The position numbers were made by a program, and so were the translations under genes. The notes under the pieces were generated by a model. The model was not told where the DNA came from and did not search any database. It worked only from the letters and a program-made list of their open reading frames with translations. Positions 35,543 through 45,704 of a stretch of DNA of 64,000 nt are shown here, in pieces. The DNA lies in the NCBI GenBank assembly GCA_964386905.1, contig CAYLUP010000002.1, forward strand, positions 64,522 through 128,521, written 5' to 3'. The stretch's first letter is position 1. Every line of letters begins with the position of its first letter. The DNA is from an uncultured Candidatus Saccharibacteria bacterium (GTDB lineage Bacteria > Patescibacteriota > Minisyncoccia > Phycocordibacterales > UBA6899).

Positions 35543-35965
35543 TCACTGCTTCACTCCTACAAGAACAATGACATCACCATGCTTTGGGATAAATCTTCCG
35601 ATTGGCTGACCAGGTTGTGCATTGTTAATGAAGTATGTCCACTGGAATCCCTCTGTTGCATTGATAAAAGAAGTAAGGGTGCGGTCTTTTCCGTTTCCAT
35701 TCCAGGTGATAGGGAGTTGCTCAATTGATGCAATTTTGTCGATAAGATCCGCGACGGATTGTCCTTCTTCAAGTGTAACGTTATTCCAATTTCGAGTAGA
35801 AATTCCATCGCTGACAAGTACGTGTACTGTTCGTGTTGCAGTTTTTATGTTTGTCGCATCTCGCTGTCCAATCATATACCCTACGAGAATTCCAGAAAGC
35901 AGTGCTGCTCCAGTAATGAGATAGGTAAAAAGAGAAAAAGTTCGCTTAGTTTGTTGTTGATTCAT
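35543..35965 (-). CDS. Membrane-anchored DUF4430-like (beta-grasp) protein
   Basis: TM, G.SV.DL, W.YFINN......G......GDVI; start uncertain (35965 or 36010). Confidence 0.6.
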   Translation of the reverse strand: MNQQQTKRTFSLFTYLITGAALLSGILVGYMIGQRDATNIKTATRTVHVLVSDGISTRNWNNVTLEEGQSVADLIDKIASIEQLPITWNGNGKDRTLTSFINATEGFQWTYFINNAQPGQPIGRFIPKHGDVIVLVGVKQ

Positions 35966-36209
35966 ATGGTGCTGTGGATGATGTTGTGTCTGATAATGAT
36001 GATGTTCCATTTTCTGAAGGAGAAGCATCAATGCGTATCGCTTGGTCAAGTTCCATGGCAGTGGTGTCTTGCTGTTGCTGTGGAGGAATTTCCTCAATGG
36101 TATACACAGGTGTCGAGATGGTTCGTTCTTGACCAAGAATTGAGAACACGATGGCGCCTGCTGCACACAGGCAGATAATTCCGACGAGCAGTATTCGTGA
36201 GCTTTTCAT
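35946..36209 (-). CDS. Small membrane protein with an S/T-rich tail
   Basis: N-terminal TM; TATCAT 6 nt upstream of ATG 36209. Confidence 0.55.
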   Translation of the reverse strand: MKSSRILLVGIICLCAAGAIVFSILGQERTISTPVYTIEEIPPQQQQDTTAMELDQAIRIDASPSENGTSSLSDTTSSTAPYESTTN

Positions 36210-36270
36210 GACCCTATGATACATGATGATGATGGAAGATGGAAGAAGATGTGCATGATATACTGTTCTC

Positions 36271-37038
36271 ATGGATTATCTTTCCGCAATTATTCTTGGC
36301 GTTGTAGAGGGGGCAACAGAGTTTCTTCCTATTTCATCGACGGCACATCTTTTAATTTCAGAGCATTTCCTTGGTTTATCGCAGACAGATCTTCTTTCCT
36401 TGTTTAATATTATTGTGCAATGTGGTGCGATTCTTGCGGTGCTCGTGTATGCGCCACGCAGGCTTTTGGTTGAGCGAAAAACTCAATGGGCTATCGTTTG
36501 GGCGTTTATTCCAACAGCCATCCTTGGGCTTCTACTGAAAGACGCTGTTGGTTTTCTCCATGGGTATCTTCTTGTCTCTATCGCAGCTTTGTTTCTCGGT
36601 GGTGTTTTTATGCTTTTCTTCGAATCAAGAATTGCACGCATTTCTCGTGGGTATCCGATAGAAGCTCTCTCCAAAAAGTCGCTTGTCGCCATTGGCGCAC
36701 TTCAGACTATTGCTTTTATCCCCGGCATCTCGCGTTCTGCTGCGACCATCTATGCAGGATTGTCGCAGGGGCTGAGTAAAAAGGAAGCTGTTGCATTCTC
36801 ATTCTTTTTAGGGATTCCTACTATGGCATCTGCTGGTATCTTGTCTCTGTTTCAATATAACGGAGACGTAACATGGGACGGCTTGAGTCTTATTCTCTGT
36901 GGAACGATCGTTTCATTTATTGTTGCGTATTCTGTGATCCACGCATTAATGGCATATATTGAGAAAAGAGGTTTTACGTTTTTTGCGTGGTATCGTATCG
37001 TTTTCTCAATACTCCTTGCTGGAATATTTTTACTGTAA
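36271..37038 (+). CDS. uppP: Undecaprenyl-diphosphatase
   Basis: GVVEGATEFLPISSTAHL, IPGISRSAATI. Confidence 0.96.
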   Translation: MDYLSAIILGVVEGATEFLPISSTAHLLISEHFLGLSQTDLLSLFNIIVQCGAILAVLVYAPRRLLVERKTQWAIVWAFIPTAILGLLLKDAVGFLHGYLLVSIAALFLGGVFMLFFESRIARISRGYPIEALSKKSLVAIGALQTIAFIPGISRSAATIYAGLSQGLSKKEAVAFSFFLGIPTMASAGILSLFQYNGDVTWDGLSLILCGTIVSFIVAYSVIHALMAYIEKRGFTFFAWYRIVFSILLAGIFLL

Positions 37039-37101
37039 TTGTGTATCTTTTTTTAAAAAAAATTGATATACTAAAGACATAATAGCTAATAACAACAACA
37101 T

Positions 37102-37464
37102 ATGAGATTAACACTCAAAGCAACGGGTATCGATCACACAAATGCACTTGATGCATATGTCGCAATGCGGTTGCGTGAACTCGAAAAAGTTCTGGATCCA
37201 AAAGAAAAGAGTTGTATCGCTCGTGTGGAGATTAGCAAAGAAACAAAACACCACAAGACGGGTGCACAGGTATTTAAGGCGGAATTGACGATGCGAGCAG
37301 GAAAGAAAGATTTTCGTGTAGAAAAATTTGATGCATCAGATTTGTATGCCGCAATTGATGCAATGAAAGACGAGGCTGTACAAGATGTCAAAGAGCATTA
37401 TAAGCGCGCTCGTGTGCTTGAAAAGAAGGGTGAGCGAAAGGTGAAAGAAGCATTACGAAAATAA
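37102..37464 (+). CDS. hpf: Ribosome hibernation promoting factor / RaiA
   Basis: T.AL..YV...L..L.K, FKAELT, DLYAAID. Confidence 0.9.
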   Translation: MRLTLKATGIDHTNALDAYVAMRLRELEKVLDPKEKSCIARVEISKETKHHKTGAQVFKAELTMRAGKKDFRVEKFDASDLYAAIDAMKDEAVQDVKEHYKRARVLEKKGERKVKEALRK

Positions 37465-37487
37465 AAAAAACGCGAAAGCGTTTTTTT
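37463..37487. terminator. Bidirectional terminator
   Basis: aaaaaaacgc-gaaa-gcgttttttt. Confidence 0.75.
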
Positions 37488-38356
37488 TAATGGAGGCCAC
37501 GAAGAAAGTCGGCATAAAACATCTCCTTTTTTCCTTCAGGGATAACTTTTTCGATAATAAGAGTATGATGTTCTACACGTGCTTGGGTGATTTTTATTCG
37601 AATATCTTTTTCATTATGTTTCAGGAAGAAGAACGCTCCAGGCCAGAGGTGGTATGCACGAATTTTTCGTATTGCAATAATTGGGTCACCATGAATATCG
37701 ACGAGTCCATCTTCTTTCTCAATTTTTTTGCAATAGGTTGCTTGTGTGTGAGCTTGCTCCTGTTTGTGCTTTATGTGCTCTTCAATGCCTGGAAGAGCAC
37801 CAATAAGTATTTTCCCTGCAATGGAAGCAAGTGCATGCTCAATTTCGGCGCTTGTAGGGGGGTTTGAGGGATCCCATGATTGATTGAGGGATTCTTGAAG
37901 GATAACAGGGCCGTGATCCATTTCGGTATCAAGTTCCATGAGGGTGACCCCTGTTGTCGTGTCGCCCGCAATGATCGTGCTTTCAATAGGAGAAGGACCT
38001 CGAAACTTTGGAAGAAGTGATGGGTGAATGTTGAGTGTTGCAATTCGAGGCATGCGAAGCATGTGTTCAGGAATCATTTTTCCATATGCAACCACAAGGA
38101 ATATGTCAGCACGTTCTCGTTCGAGGACTTCTGTTATTTCTTGTGTTCTGAGTGTTGCGGGAGTGCACACGGGTATGTGGTTTTGTATTGCCCATTCGTG
38201 CATTGGGGTCTTTGTGAGGAGCAATTTTCGACCAACTGGTTTTTCTGGGGTGGTCACGACAAGAGAGGGGACTATGCCGTTCGCGCGAAGCATCTCTGCG
38301 ATTGCAACAGCAAACACGGGTGTTCCAAAATAAACAAAGCGAAGTGGTGCCGTCAT
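37487..38356 (-). CDS. fmt: Methionyl-tRNA formyltransferase
   Basis: FGTPVFA, VVAYGK, NIHPSLLPKFRGPSPI, MDHGP. Confidence 0.97.
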   Translation of the reverse strand: MTAPLRFVYFGTPVFAVAIAEMLRANGIVPSLVVTTPEKPVGRKLLLTKTPMHEWAIQNHIPVCTPATLRTQEITEVLERERADIFLVVAYGKMIPEHMLRMPRIATLNIHPSLLPKFRGPSPIESTIIAGDTTTGVTLMELDTEMDHGPVILQESLNQSWDPSNPPTSAEIEHALASIAGKILIGALPGIEEHIKHKQEQAHTQATYCKKIEKEDGLVDIHGDPIIAIRKIRAYHLWPGAFFFLKHNEKDIRIKITQARVEHHTLIIEKVIPEGKKEMFYADFLRGLH

Positions 38357-38361
38357 AGATA

Positions 38362-38952
38362 TTACGTTAGTGTGCGAATGTGTTCAGCAGCCTTTTTGAC
38401 TTCACGAATTTCCTTGTCGCTCATTTCTGCAAGTGCGCTCGCATGATCGCAAAAGAGTACTCCATTAAGATGCTCAATCTCGTGCTGGAAGATTTGTGCC
38501 ATAAGTCCCGACGCACCACGTGAGTGGATTTTTCCGATTTCATCTTGGTATTCGATTGTTGCTTTTACATATCTTTCTGTTGTGCCAAAAAGCCAACGAA
38601 CAGACAAGCATCCTTCAGGAACACGTTGTTTTTGCTGAGATACTTTAATGATCTTGGGATTGATGACAATAAGATGCTGTTTTGGGAGTTTTTCTTCAGG
38701 GAAACCATCATCATCTACTGGTGCGAATGCTCTGCGGTGAACAACAAAAATTCTCCAGTTCTCTCCTATTTGAGGACAGGCAATCGCAACGCCATCTGGT
38801 TCAGCCTCGAGTGCGGTTATCATGCGTGAGATAATGTCTCGCAGTGTATCTGACCCAAACATTTCTGGGGGGACTTCTGGTGAAATCTTTCGTAACGCAG
38901 GATGATCTTTTTGAACGATATGCGTTTCGTAATTATGTGAAATGGTATACAT
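38362..38952 (-). CDS. def: Peptide deformylase
   Basis: GVAIACPQIG, EGCLSV, QHEIEHLNG. Confidence 0.97.
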   Translation of the reverse strand: MYTISHNYETHIVQKDHPALRKISPEVPPEMFGSDTLRDIISRMITALEAEPDGVAIACPQIGENWRIFVVHRRAFAPVDDDGFPEEKLPKQHLIVINPKIIKVSQQKQRVPEGCLSVRWLFGTTERYVKATIEYQDEIGKIHSRGASGLMAQIFQHEIEHLNGVLFCDHASALAEMSDKEIREVKKAAEHIRTLT

Positions 38953-38963
38953 TGGTGATGGTA

Positions 38964-40985
38964 TTATTCTGGTAGAACACTTCGTGGTTCCACTTTAACA
39001 GTAACTTCTTGAGGAAGAGAGGCGAGGAAAGCACGAAAATCTTCATGTGGCCACAAATCTCTTTTGAGTACGAAGAGTACGTGAGTTGCATACATATTTC
39101 CTTTTTTTCCAAGTGTGTGTGGAAAGATGGGGGTGACGTTGGGAAAGCGCTGTGCGTGCTCTTTCATGTAAGAAAGGAACGCATCGACAGCATCCTTCTG
39201 GCCTTCAAAGTGCGTCTTTACAAATATTGTGTATGGAGGAAAACGAAGTTCTTCACGAAGCGCAAGTTCCTGCTCCATAAACTCACTAATATTTCCGCGC
39301 GTTGCAAGATCGAAGAGATCATGTTTCTCGCGGAATTGCACAGCAAAATGGTCGCGAGCTTTTTCTCTTAAAACAAGGAGGAGTCGGAAAACATGTTCGT
39401 TCATGCGATACTCGGGAACAGTAAGAAGGGAGTTTACTGAGAGGATGCCAACAAGGCCAACTGGGTCGGTGATATAGGGTATGGCCATTTCTGTCCCAAG
39501 AAGAATGGACCCTGGTGTACTGAGGAATGCCTGTGCACGTTCTTTTGCTTCTTTGTGAGAATGGACAGCGTCTGCGTCAATGCGAAAAATTGAGTGATCT
39601 CCATATTTTTGCTTCAAGATATGCTCTGCCTGCTCGATGCCGAGTCCAAGTGAGGTAAATCTCCAGCCGTGACAATGATTGCAGTTGCGATGTGGTTCAG
39701 CCTTTGTTCCGCATCGGTGGCAGAGAAAAATATTTTGGGTGGTTTCGTTGTGTTCTGAAAGGCCAACGCCATCATGCACTGTTTCTGCAAGTGCCGCTTC
39801 TTCTTCTGCGGTTACATTGTGAGGAATGTTTTGCTGTTGTTTGTGTGCTGGTTGTTGCGTGTGTTTCTGTGCATGTAATACGAGGGGTGCACCACAATGT
39901 GTGCAGTCGACAACTGTCCCACAATCTCCACACACGGTGACTGGCGCAATCCCCTTGCGGATACAGAGAATAAATGAAGATGATCCACGTTTCTTTGCGT
40001 CACTCAAGAGTGCTACAAGTTCCTTAGAAAAGAATGCCACTTTCCCAGCTGATGGTTGTTCCCCTGAAGAACGCATGTCAATAAGGTGACTTTTTGAGGT
40101 GGAAGAATAGCGGGCTTTTGGGCGCATAAGTGCGTCATATGCACCGTTTTGGTATGCGAGAAGGGTCTCGCTTCGCAAGAAAAGATCGCCAAGAATACAA
40201 GTTAGTTTTTGCTCTTGTGCATATGCTTCGACATAATATCGGGTGTCAATAAATGGGCGATGAGTGAGTGTGTATGCGTGTGCACTTTCTCTTTCAAGAA
40301 TAATACTTTGCACATTTGGACATGGAGTGCTTACAAACTGTGGAGTTGCGATTACTAAAACAGAGTGATCACTTGTTGCAATTTCTCTAATGCGGTCGTC
40401 GAGTTGTTTTTGTGTAAGATTACTATGGAGTACATATGTGTACGTGCTTATACCTTTTCCGATCGCAGCATCTATACGTTCGATGTCCTGTATGGTTGGA
40501 AGAATAAAAAATACAGACCCTCCTCGTGCAAATACCTCACGGATATGACTTTTGTATGTGGCGATGCGTTCTGTTTCCTCAGCTTGAAGAATGAAGGGGT
40601 GAAGAATTGTGCCTTCTGTGTGTTTTGGTATTAGTTCTTGAAAAAGCTCTGGGTGTCGCAAGAGTGATGCTGGAAGAAGTGCATCAAGTGCAGCACCAAA
40701 CGGAGAAACATGCCATTCTGCGGTTTTTTGCACTGCTCGAATGATGCTTTCTGGAAGGCGTCCATACACTGTAACGTGTTTTAATTGCGTAAGAGAGAAT
40801 CGAGATTGCTTGATGTCGCTTTTTGATTCTGCTGCGGGCGAGACATGTACGACAAGCGCTTGAGTGTGTTTTTTTCGGATGGGCACCGAAATGAGCGATC
40901 CAAGAGGAATCGCAGAAGAAGAAAGATACGAGAGTTCAGCAAGTGGTATACCTCGTGATATTGGTGCGACGGTAATGAGATACAT
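38964..40985 (-). CDS. priA: Primosomal protein N' (degenerate helicase motifs)
   Basis: G.L..VP.RK, four CxxC pairs, RIDAD, ILLGT, R....FPPY; priA-def-fmt synteny. Confidence 0.88.
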   Translation of the reverse strand: MYLITVAPISRGIPLAELSYLSSSAIPLGSLISVPIRKKHTQALVVHVSPAAESKSDIKQSRFSLTQLKHVTVYGRLPESIIRAVQKTAEWHVSPFGAALDALLPASLLRHPELFQELIPKHTEGTILHPFILQAEETERIATYKSHIREVFARGGSVFFILPTIQDIERIDAAIGKGISTYTYVLHSNLTQKQLDDRIREIATSDHSVLVIATPQFVSTPCPNVQSIILERESAHAYTLTHRPFIDTRYYVEAYAQEQKLTCILGDLFLRSETLLAYQNGAYDALMRPKARYSSTSKSHLIDMRSSGEQPSAGKVAFFSKELVALLSDAKKRGSSSFILCIRKGIAPVTVCGDCGTVVDCTHCGAPLVLHAQKHTQQPAHKQQQNIPHNVTAEEEAALAETVHDGVGLSEHNETTQNIFLCHRCGTKAEPHRNCNHCHGWRFTSLGLGIEQAEHILKQKYGDHSIFRIDADAVHSHKEAKERAQAFLSTPGSILLGTEMAIPYITDPVGLVGILSVNSLLTVPEYRMNEHVFRLLLVLREKARDHFAVQFREKHDLFDLATRGNISEFMEQELALREELRFPPYTIFVKTHFEGQKDAVDAFLSYMKEHAQRFPNVTPIFPHTLGKKGNMYATHVLFVLKRDLWPHEDFRAFLASLPQEVTVKVEPRSVLPE

Positions 40986-41105
40986 CAAGGTCACAATAGC
41001 ATTATTTCCTTTAAAAATCTAGCAAGGAACACATTCCAACAAGAACGTTCTGGTGTGATATACACAGAGAAAACAGAGAATCCTGTGATACAATAAATGA
41101 GAATT

Positions 41106-44100
41106 ATGACAACGCCAGAGCTGTTGGAGTTTATTCGTATCGAGCATGCACTTGGTATGAGTCTTGCAGAGATCACTCGTCTATTGGTTACTGAGGGGGA
41201 GTGGGATCGAGAAGACGTTGCCGAAGCATTTCGTGCGCTTGGACTTCCGGAGGAACAAGCTGAAGAAGGATATGACCAGAAGAATGTTGCACCGCCACAA
41301 TCTTCTGATTTTGCGTCCCCCGTAGCACCGGTAACGAATGGCGCTCAGCTTGAACTCACCCAAAGTAGCGCTCCTTTTGAGGCTCAAGAGCCTGTCGTAA
41401 GACACGCTCCTGCTCCGGTTTCAGCACCTGGTCCAAAAGACATGGAATACCCACGGCATGCTGCTCCAATGCAGTATGTGGAGAAACCCGAAGAGAAACC
41501 GAAGCCAACACTTGCACGTCCAGCGTCGCTTAAGCCACAAGCATTTCGTCCGATGGTTCGCTCGACGCAAAATGGCATGGAAGTTTCCGCTGCACAAAAA
41601 CATGCGCACTCACAACATGGACCAACTATTCACGTGTCAAAATTACAGCATTTAGGTGCTGACACAAAGCACGGTCCAGCACCAGTTCCCCAAATACATA
41701 AATCAAAAGAATCAATTGAGACTAAAGTTGTTTTTGGGCTCGATGTGCCAGATGATGAGCCAACCCCAAAGAAGGTTGTATCACCTCTAGCGACAGAGAT
41801 TTTAGAGCCGCATGCAGAAATTGCGCTTTCTGTTCAGAACACACAAGAAAAAGAAAAAATATCATCGGATCTTTCTGTTCAGAAGACGGGGCCGACGAGT
41901 GCGGTCGCTATAGAGAAAGTTCAGGTTTCAGAATCTCACGGTACAGAAAGAAAAGCAGAAGATTCTTCTCAGGCCGATGAGGTGTTGCCAAAGTTTGATC
42001 TTGCTTCCGCCTTGTTGAAACAAGACGGTCATGCTGATACACAAGATGATACTTCTCGTGCCATAGAACATCCTGTTGCTGACACGGTTTCTGACTCAGT
42101 AGTGATCGAGGAGAAGGGCGTTGCGCGTACTGAATTACCAATTTCTCCAATCGATGCGAATCGGCAGTCTCAGAGTCTCACGACTCCTTCTGTTGACACA
42201 CAAACGCCGATATTGAATGAGAAGCCTCACGATACACAAGAGAAGAGCGCTTCAATAGAAACAACTCTCCACACAGAAACATCTCCAACGCATACGGAAG
42301 CACCAAGTAGTGTTGAGATTCATCATAAAGAAGAAGGGGCTGTGGAAAAACAGGTACATCAGCAAGGAGACGTCTCGATTGGGATTCCGCGGCACGATAC
42401 CGCTCCCCAATCTCCTCTACCTGCAGGTACTGTTGTGCCACAACAGCAACCACCAGTGGTTCCCGTTGCTGCCCAACCACCACCGCCTCCAGTTGCACCA
42501 CAGCCACAAATAATCGTTGTGCCAGCAAATATGTTTGGTGCCCCTCAGGGATTTCAGTTCCCTGAGATGCCGATGCAGATGGCTGGGATGCAGCCACGCA
42601 TGGCTCCTGCTTCGCCGCCTACGCAATACGCACCTGGCTCTCGCGTTGCTGAAATGAACGGAGTTTCTCCTGATGTTGAGGAGCAAGCATATCTCGCTCA
42701 ATTTGGGCAAGCACCAATGCAACAGGGTATAGAAAGGCCTCCACAGGCAACAATTGTGTCTCCGACTATTATTCATGCGCCGCAAGTCAATGCTCCAGCG
42801 ATGAGCACTCAACAGCCAGTCGCCCATGAAAGCATTTTGCCGCCAAAGCCAGAGCCTGTTCGTTTTGATATTGGCAAAGTACGAAGCACACAAAAGGGCG
42901 AATCCCCAAAATCTGCATTGCGCGATTCTGTTGAAAGTGCTCTTGCTTCAAACGGAGATCTTTCCGATTCTCACCCTGTTGTTTCGCCGATTATTAAACC
43001 GGATGAAGAACAAATTGCAGCCGCCGCAGCGCATTCACTGAAAGTTCCTCAAAAAAGAACAATGCATGCGGACTTGTTACGTATTGGGGAGGGGGTTATT
43101 CCTGAGCAAGTTGTTGCACTTGGCGATAAAACAGATGCGGTTGCTGGTGTTGCTCTTTCAGATACAGAGGCGTTTGAACAAGATTCTGTTCCGCCACCAC
43201 CACAAAAAAAAGTGAGTGCATCAATTTTTTTCCTAGCAATGAGTATCCTTCTTGTCTTGGGTTTGATTTTTGGTATTGGATATTATATTGTCGTCCTCAA
43301 AAAACCAAGTGCACAATCTGCTCTCTCGGGGGCGCTTCGTGGGTTATTCCAGGATGGGGCATTTTCTTATAATGCCGTGCTACAGATTCACGCCTCTTCA
43401 ACAGATGCACTGTTGGAATCACTCACTGTGCAAGCAAATGTCATGGGTACTGTTGTTGGACGTGCAAATATGTTTGAAAAAAGTATTCACGAGGGAGAAT
43501 TCATCATGACACAGCGAGGTGTGCCAGAGCCAATACATATCGAGTTTCAGGGTTCAATCATTGGGCAGGAAAAAGAAGTGTTTCTGTCTCAGCAAAAACC
43601 TACATTGAACACACCTATCGAACACCTTCTCCCTGTCTCAGAGTGGCTACGTGTTCCATACGCGCAACTTGGTGAAATGCTCGGTTTTTCAGGTGCCACA
43701 GAGTCTTATGATGCTGTGATATCAGAAACACAATTGTTCCAGGGCTTTATGGAACATTTCCCTATTGTTGCTCGTGGTCCAGTAACTGAAATTTCCGAAG
43801 GTGATCGGGTCTTATATCGCATCCCCGTATCTCTTGATGGGGGGAAAATGATTACACTTAGTGATCTTGTCTCTCGAATGCTTCGTGGTTCAACTGTGGT
43901 GGGTACTGATTCTGCGCGTCGTGACGTTCTTCTTGGGCGCTACGATATGATTTCTGGAGAATTAGTTGTCGACAAACTTAAACTGCATCCAATACGCCTC
44001 ACACTTCAGTCAGCGTTTGATCCAAGTAAAATTCCATTTCAGGGAAATGTGCTTGTGGATATCGCGTTCCAATATCCTAAGGAGTTGCCAGTTTTCGACC

Positions 44101-44561
44101 GCAATACAAAAACGATAGATGAATATAAGATTTTGCATGCTGATGCATCAGAAGCGGGTATTGTTATCGCAAAAGATTCGCCAGTGCTGCTTGCGGTTCC
44201 AACAATTGTTACCGCACTAAAACAATTTAGTGAGAAGGAAGGTTATTATCCTCTCCGTATCGATCAACTCTTTACGCTGAAATACGTGAATAGTGATGCG
44301 ATCCCTCAAGAGATTCGTTCGCGAATTCTTTATGCTCCATATGCAAGGCAACCAAAAGAGGGAGAGTCATTTGCTGCATGTGTGGCAAAGAAGGGAATGT
44401 GCAGTTTTTACCACCTTGGAACGACACTTGAGCATATGCGCGCACAAGAGCTTCAGGCAGATGTAGATTTGGTTTCTTCAAAAATTCAAGGAGGGGATAC
44501 TTCAGGTTGTGCTGGTGAACAAAGTCGTGCTTGCTATGATGTTGTAGGCATTCTCGAATAG
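41106..44561 (+). CDS. Large bitopic membrane protein: long disordered P/Q/E-rich N-terminus, TM, extracellular domain and a pilin-head-like Cys-rich C-terminus
   Basis: TM SIFFLAMSILLVLGLIFGIGYYIVVL; ALKQF...GYYP..., C...C..YHLG..LE, GC...CYD. Confidence 0.75.
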   Translation: MTTPELLEFIRIEHALGMSLAEITRLLVTEGEWDREDVAEAFRALGLPEEQAEEGYDQKNVAPPQSSDFASPVAPVTNGAQLELTQSSAPFEAQEPVVRHAPAPVSAPGPKDMEYPRHAAPMQYVEKPEEKPKPTLARPASLKPQAFRPMVRSTQNGMEVSAAQKHAHSQHGPTIHVSKLQHLGADTKHGPAPVPQIHKSKESIETKVVFGLDVPDDEPTPKKVVSPLATEILEPHAEIALSVQNTQEKEKISSDLSVQKTGPTSAVAIEKVQVSESHGTERKAEDSSQADEVLPKFDLASALLKQDGHADTQDDTSRAIEHPVADTVSDSVVIEEKGVARTELPISPIDANRQSQSLTTPSVDTQTPILNEKPHDTQEKSASIETTLHTETSPTHTEAPSSVEIHHKEEGAVEKQVHQQGDVSIGIPRHDTAPQSPLPAGTVVPQQQPPVVPVAAQPPPPPVAPQPQIIVVPANMFGAPQGFQFPEMPMQMAGMQPRMAPASPPTQYAPGSRVAEMNGVSPDVEEQAYLAQFGQAPMQQGIERPPQATIVSPTIIHAPQVNAPAMSTQQPVAHESILPPKPEPVRFDIGKVRSTQKGESPKSALRDSVESALASNGDLSDSHPVVSPIIKPDEEQIAAAAAHSLKVPQKRTMHADLLRIGEGVIPEQVVALGDKTDAVAGVALSDTEAFEQDSVPPPPQKKVSASIFFLAMSILLVLGLIFGIGYYIVVLKKPSAQSALSGALRGLFQDGAFSYNAVLQIHASSTDALLESLTVQANVMGTVVGRANMFEKSIHEGEFIMTQRGVPEPIHIEFQGSIIGQEKEVFLSQQKPTLNTPIEHLLPVSEWLRVPYAQLGEMLGFSGATESYDAVISETQLFQGFMEHFPIVARGPVTEISEGDRVLYRIPVSLDGGKMITLSDLVSRMLRGSTVVGTDSARRDVLLGRYDMISGELVVDKLKLHPIRLTLQSAFDPSKIPFQGNVLVDIAFQYPKELPVFDRNTKTIDEYKILHADASEAGIVIAKDSPVLLAVPTIVTALKQFSEKEGYYPLRIDQLFTLKYVNSDAIPQEIRSRILYAPYARQPKEGESFAACVAKKGMCSFYHLGTTLEHMRAQELQADVDLVSSKIQGGDTSGCAGEQSRACYDVVGILE

Positions 44562-44651
44562 CCTATTGACAAATAAGCTGTTAATGTGCAAAAAATCGTA
44601 CTGTTTGTACGATTTTTTGCTATTTCTTTCTCCTATGCTAGAGTTCAGTGC

Positions 44652-45665
44652 ATGAGTATATTTGGTGGAAAGCTTGGCATTGATTTGGGCACCGCAAACA
44701 CGCTCGTATACGTTCCCGGGAAAGGAATTGTTTTAAACGAGCCATCTGTTGTTGCAGTTTCAGAGCGAGATAATAAAATTCTTGCAGTTGGTGTTGAGGC
44801 AAAAGAAATGATTGGACGAACACCAGATGATATTATCGCATATCGCCCAATGAGAGATGGTGTTATTGCTGATTATCGTGTGACCGAAGCGATGTTGCGT
44901 TACTTTATTTCCAAAGCGATGGGAACATGGTCGCTCTTGAAGCCCGAAGTCATGGTTTCTGTTCCTGCTGGAGTAACATCGACAGAGCGCAGGGCGGTCA
45001 TCGAAGCTGCACTTCGGGCTGGCGCCAAAAATGCATATGTTGTAAAGGAACCAATTCTTGCCGCCATTGGAGCAGGTATTCCGATCTATGAAGCTCGAGG
45101 ACATATGATTGTGGATATTGGGGGAGGAACGACAGATGTTGCAGTTATTTCTTTAGGTGGAATTGTTGCATCGACTTCAGTAAAGTGTGCAGGTAATCGT
45201 ATTGATGCGGCAATCGCTGATTACATTAAAAAAACATTTAATCTTGCCATCGGTGACAAAACCGCAGAAGATATCAAAACGCAAATTGGTTCTGCTGTTC
45301 CATTAGAGCAAGAACTATCGATGACAATAAAAGGACGTGATTTCATTGCTGGACTTCCACGATCAGTGACAATATCAACAAATGAGATTGTGCGTGCCAT
45401 TGACCGAGAACTTCGAGAAATGATTAAGGCAATTAAGGATGTTCTTCAGGAGACACCACCAGAACTATCGGCGGACATTATTGATCGCGGAATTATTATG
45501 ACTGGCGGTTCGTCACAGCTTCGAAATTTACCAGAACTGGTGTATCGAAGAACTGGTGTGAAGGCAAGCATCGCAGATGATTCGTTGTATTGTGTTGCAA
45601 AAGGAACTGGAGTTGCCCTTGAACACTTAGACACATACAAAAAGACGATTATTACAAAACGATAA
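44652..45665 (+). CDS. mreB: Rod shape-determining protein MreB/Mbl
   Basis: GIDLGTANT, EPSVVA, DGVIAD, IVDIGGGTT, TGGSS.L. Confidence 0.97.
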   Translation: MSIFGGKLGIDLGTANTLVYVPGKGIVLNEPSVVAVSERDNKILAVGVEAKEMIGRTPDDIIAYRPMRDGVIADYRVTEAMLRYFISKAMGTWSLLKPEVMVSVPAGVTSTERRAVIEAALRAGAKNAYVVKEPILAAIGAGIPIYEARGHMIVDIGGGTTDVAVISLGGIVASTSVKCAGNRIDAAIADYIKKTFNLAIGDKTAEDIKTQIGSAVPLEQELSMTIKGRDFIAGLPRSVTISTNEIVRAIDRELREMIKAIKDVLQETPPELSADIIDRGIIMTGGSSQLRNLPELVYRRTGVKASIADDSLYCVAKGTGVALEHLDTYKKTIITKR

Positions 45666-45704
45666 TACCGCCACAAAGTGGTGGTATTTTGTTATACTGT
45701 ATCT

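Noticed and set aside
20059-37487. Identical aaaaaacgcgaaagcgtttttt at 20059 and 37463 as a mobile repeat
   Set aside because: Short generic GNRA terminator; convergence is sufficient
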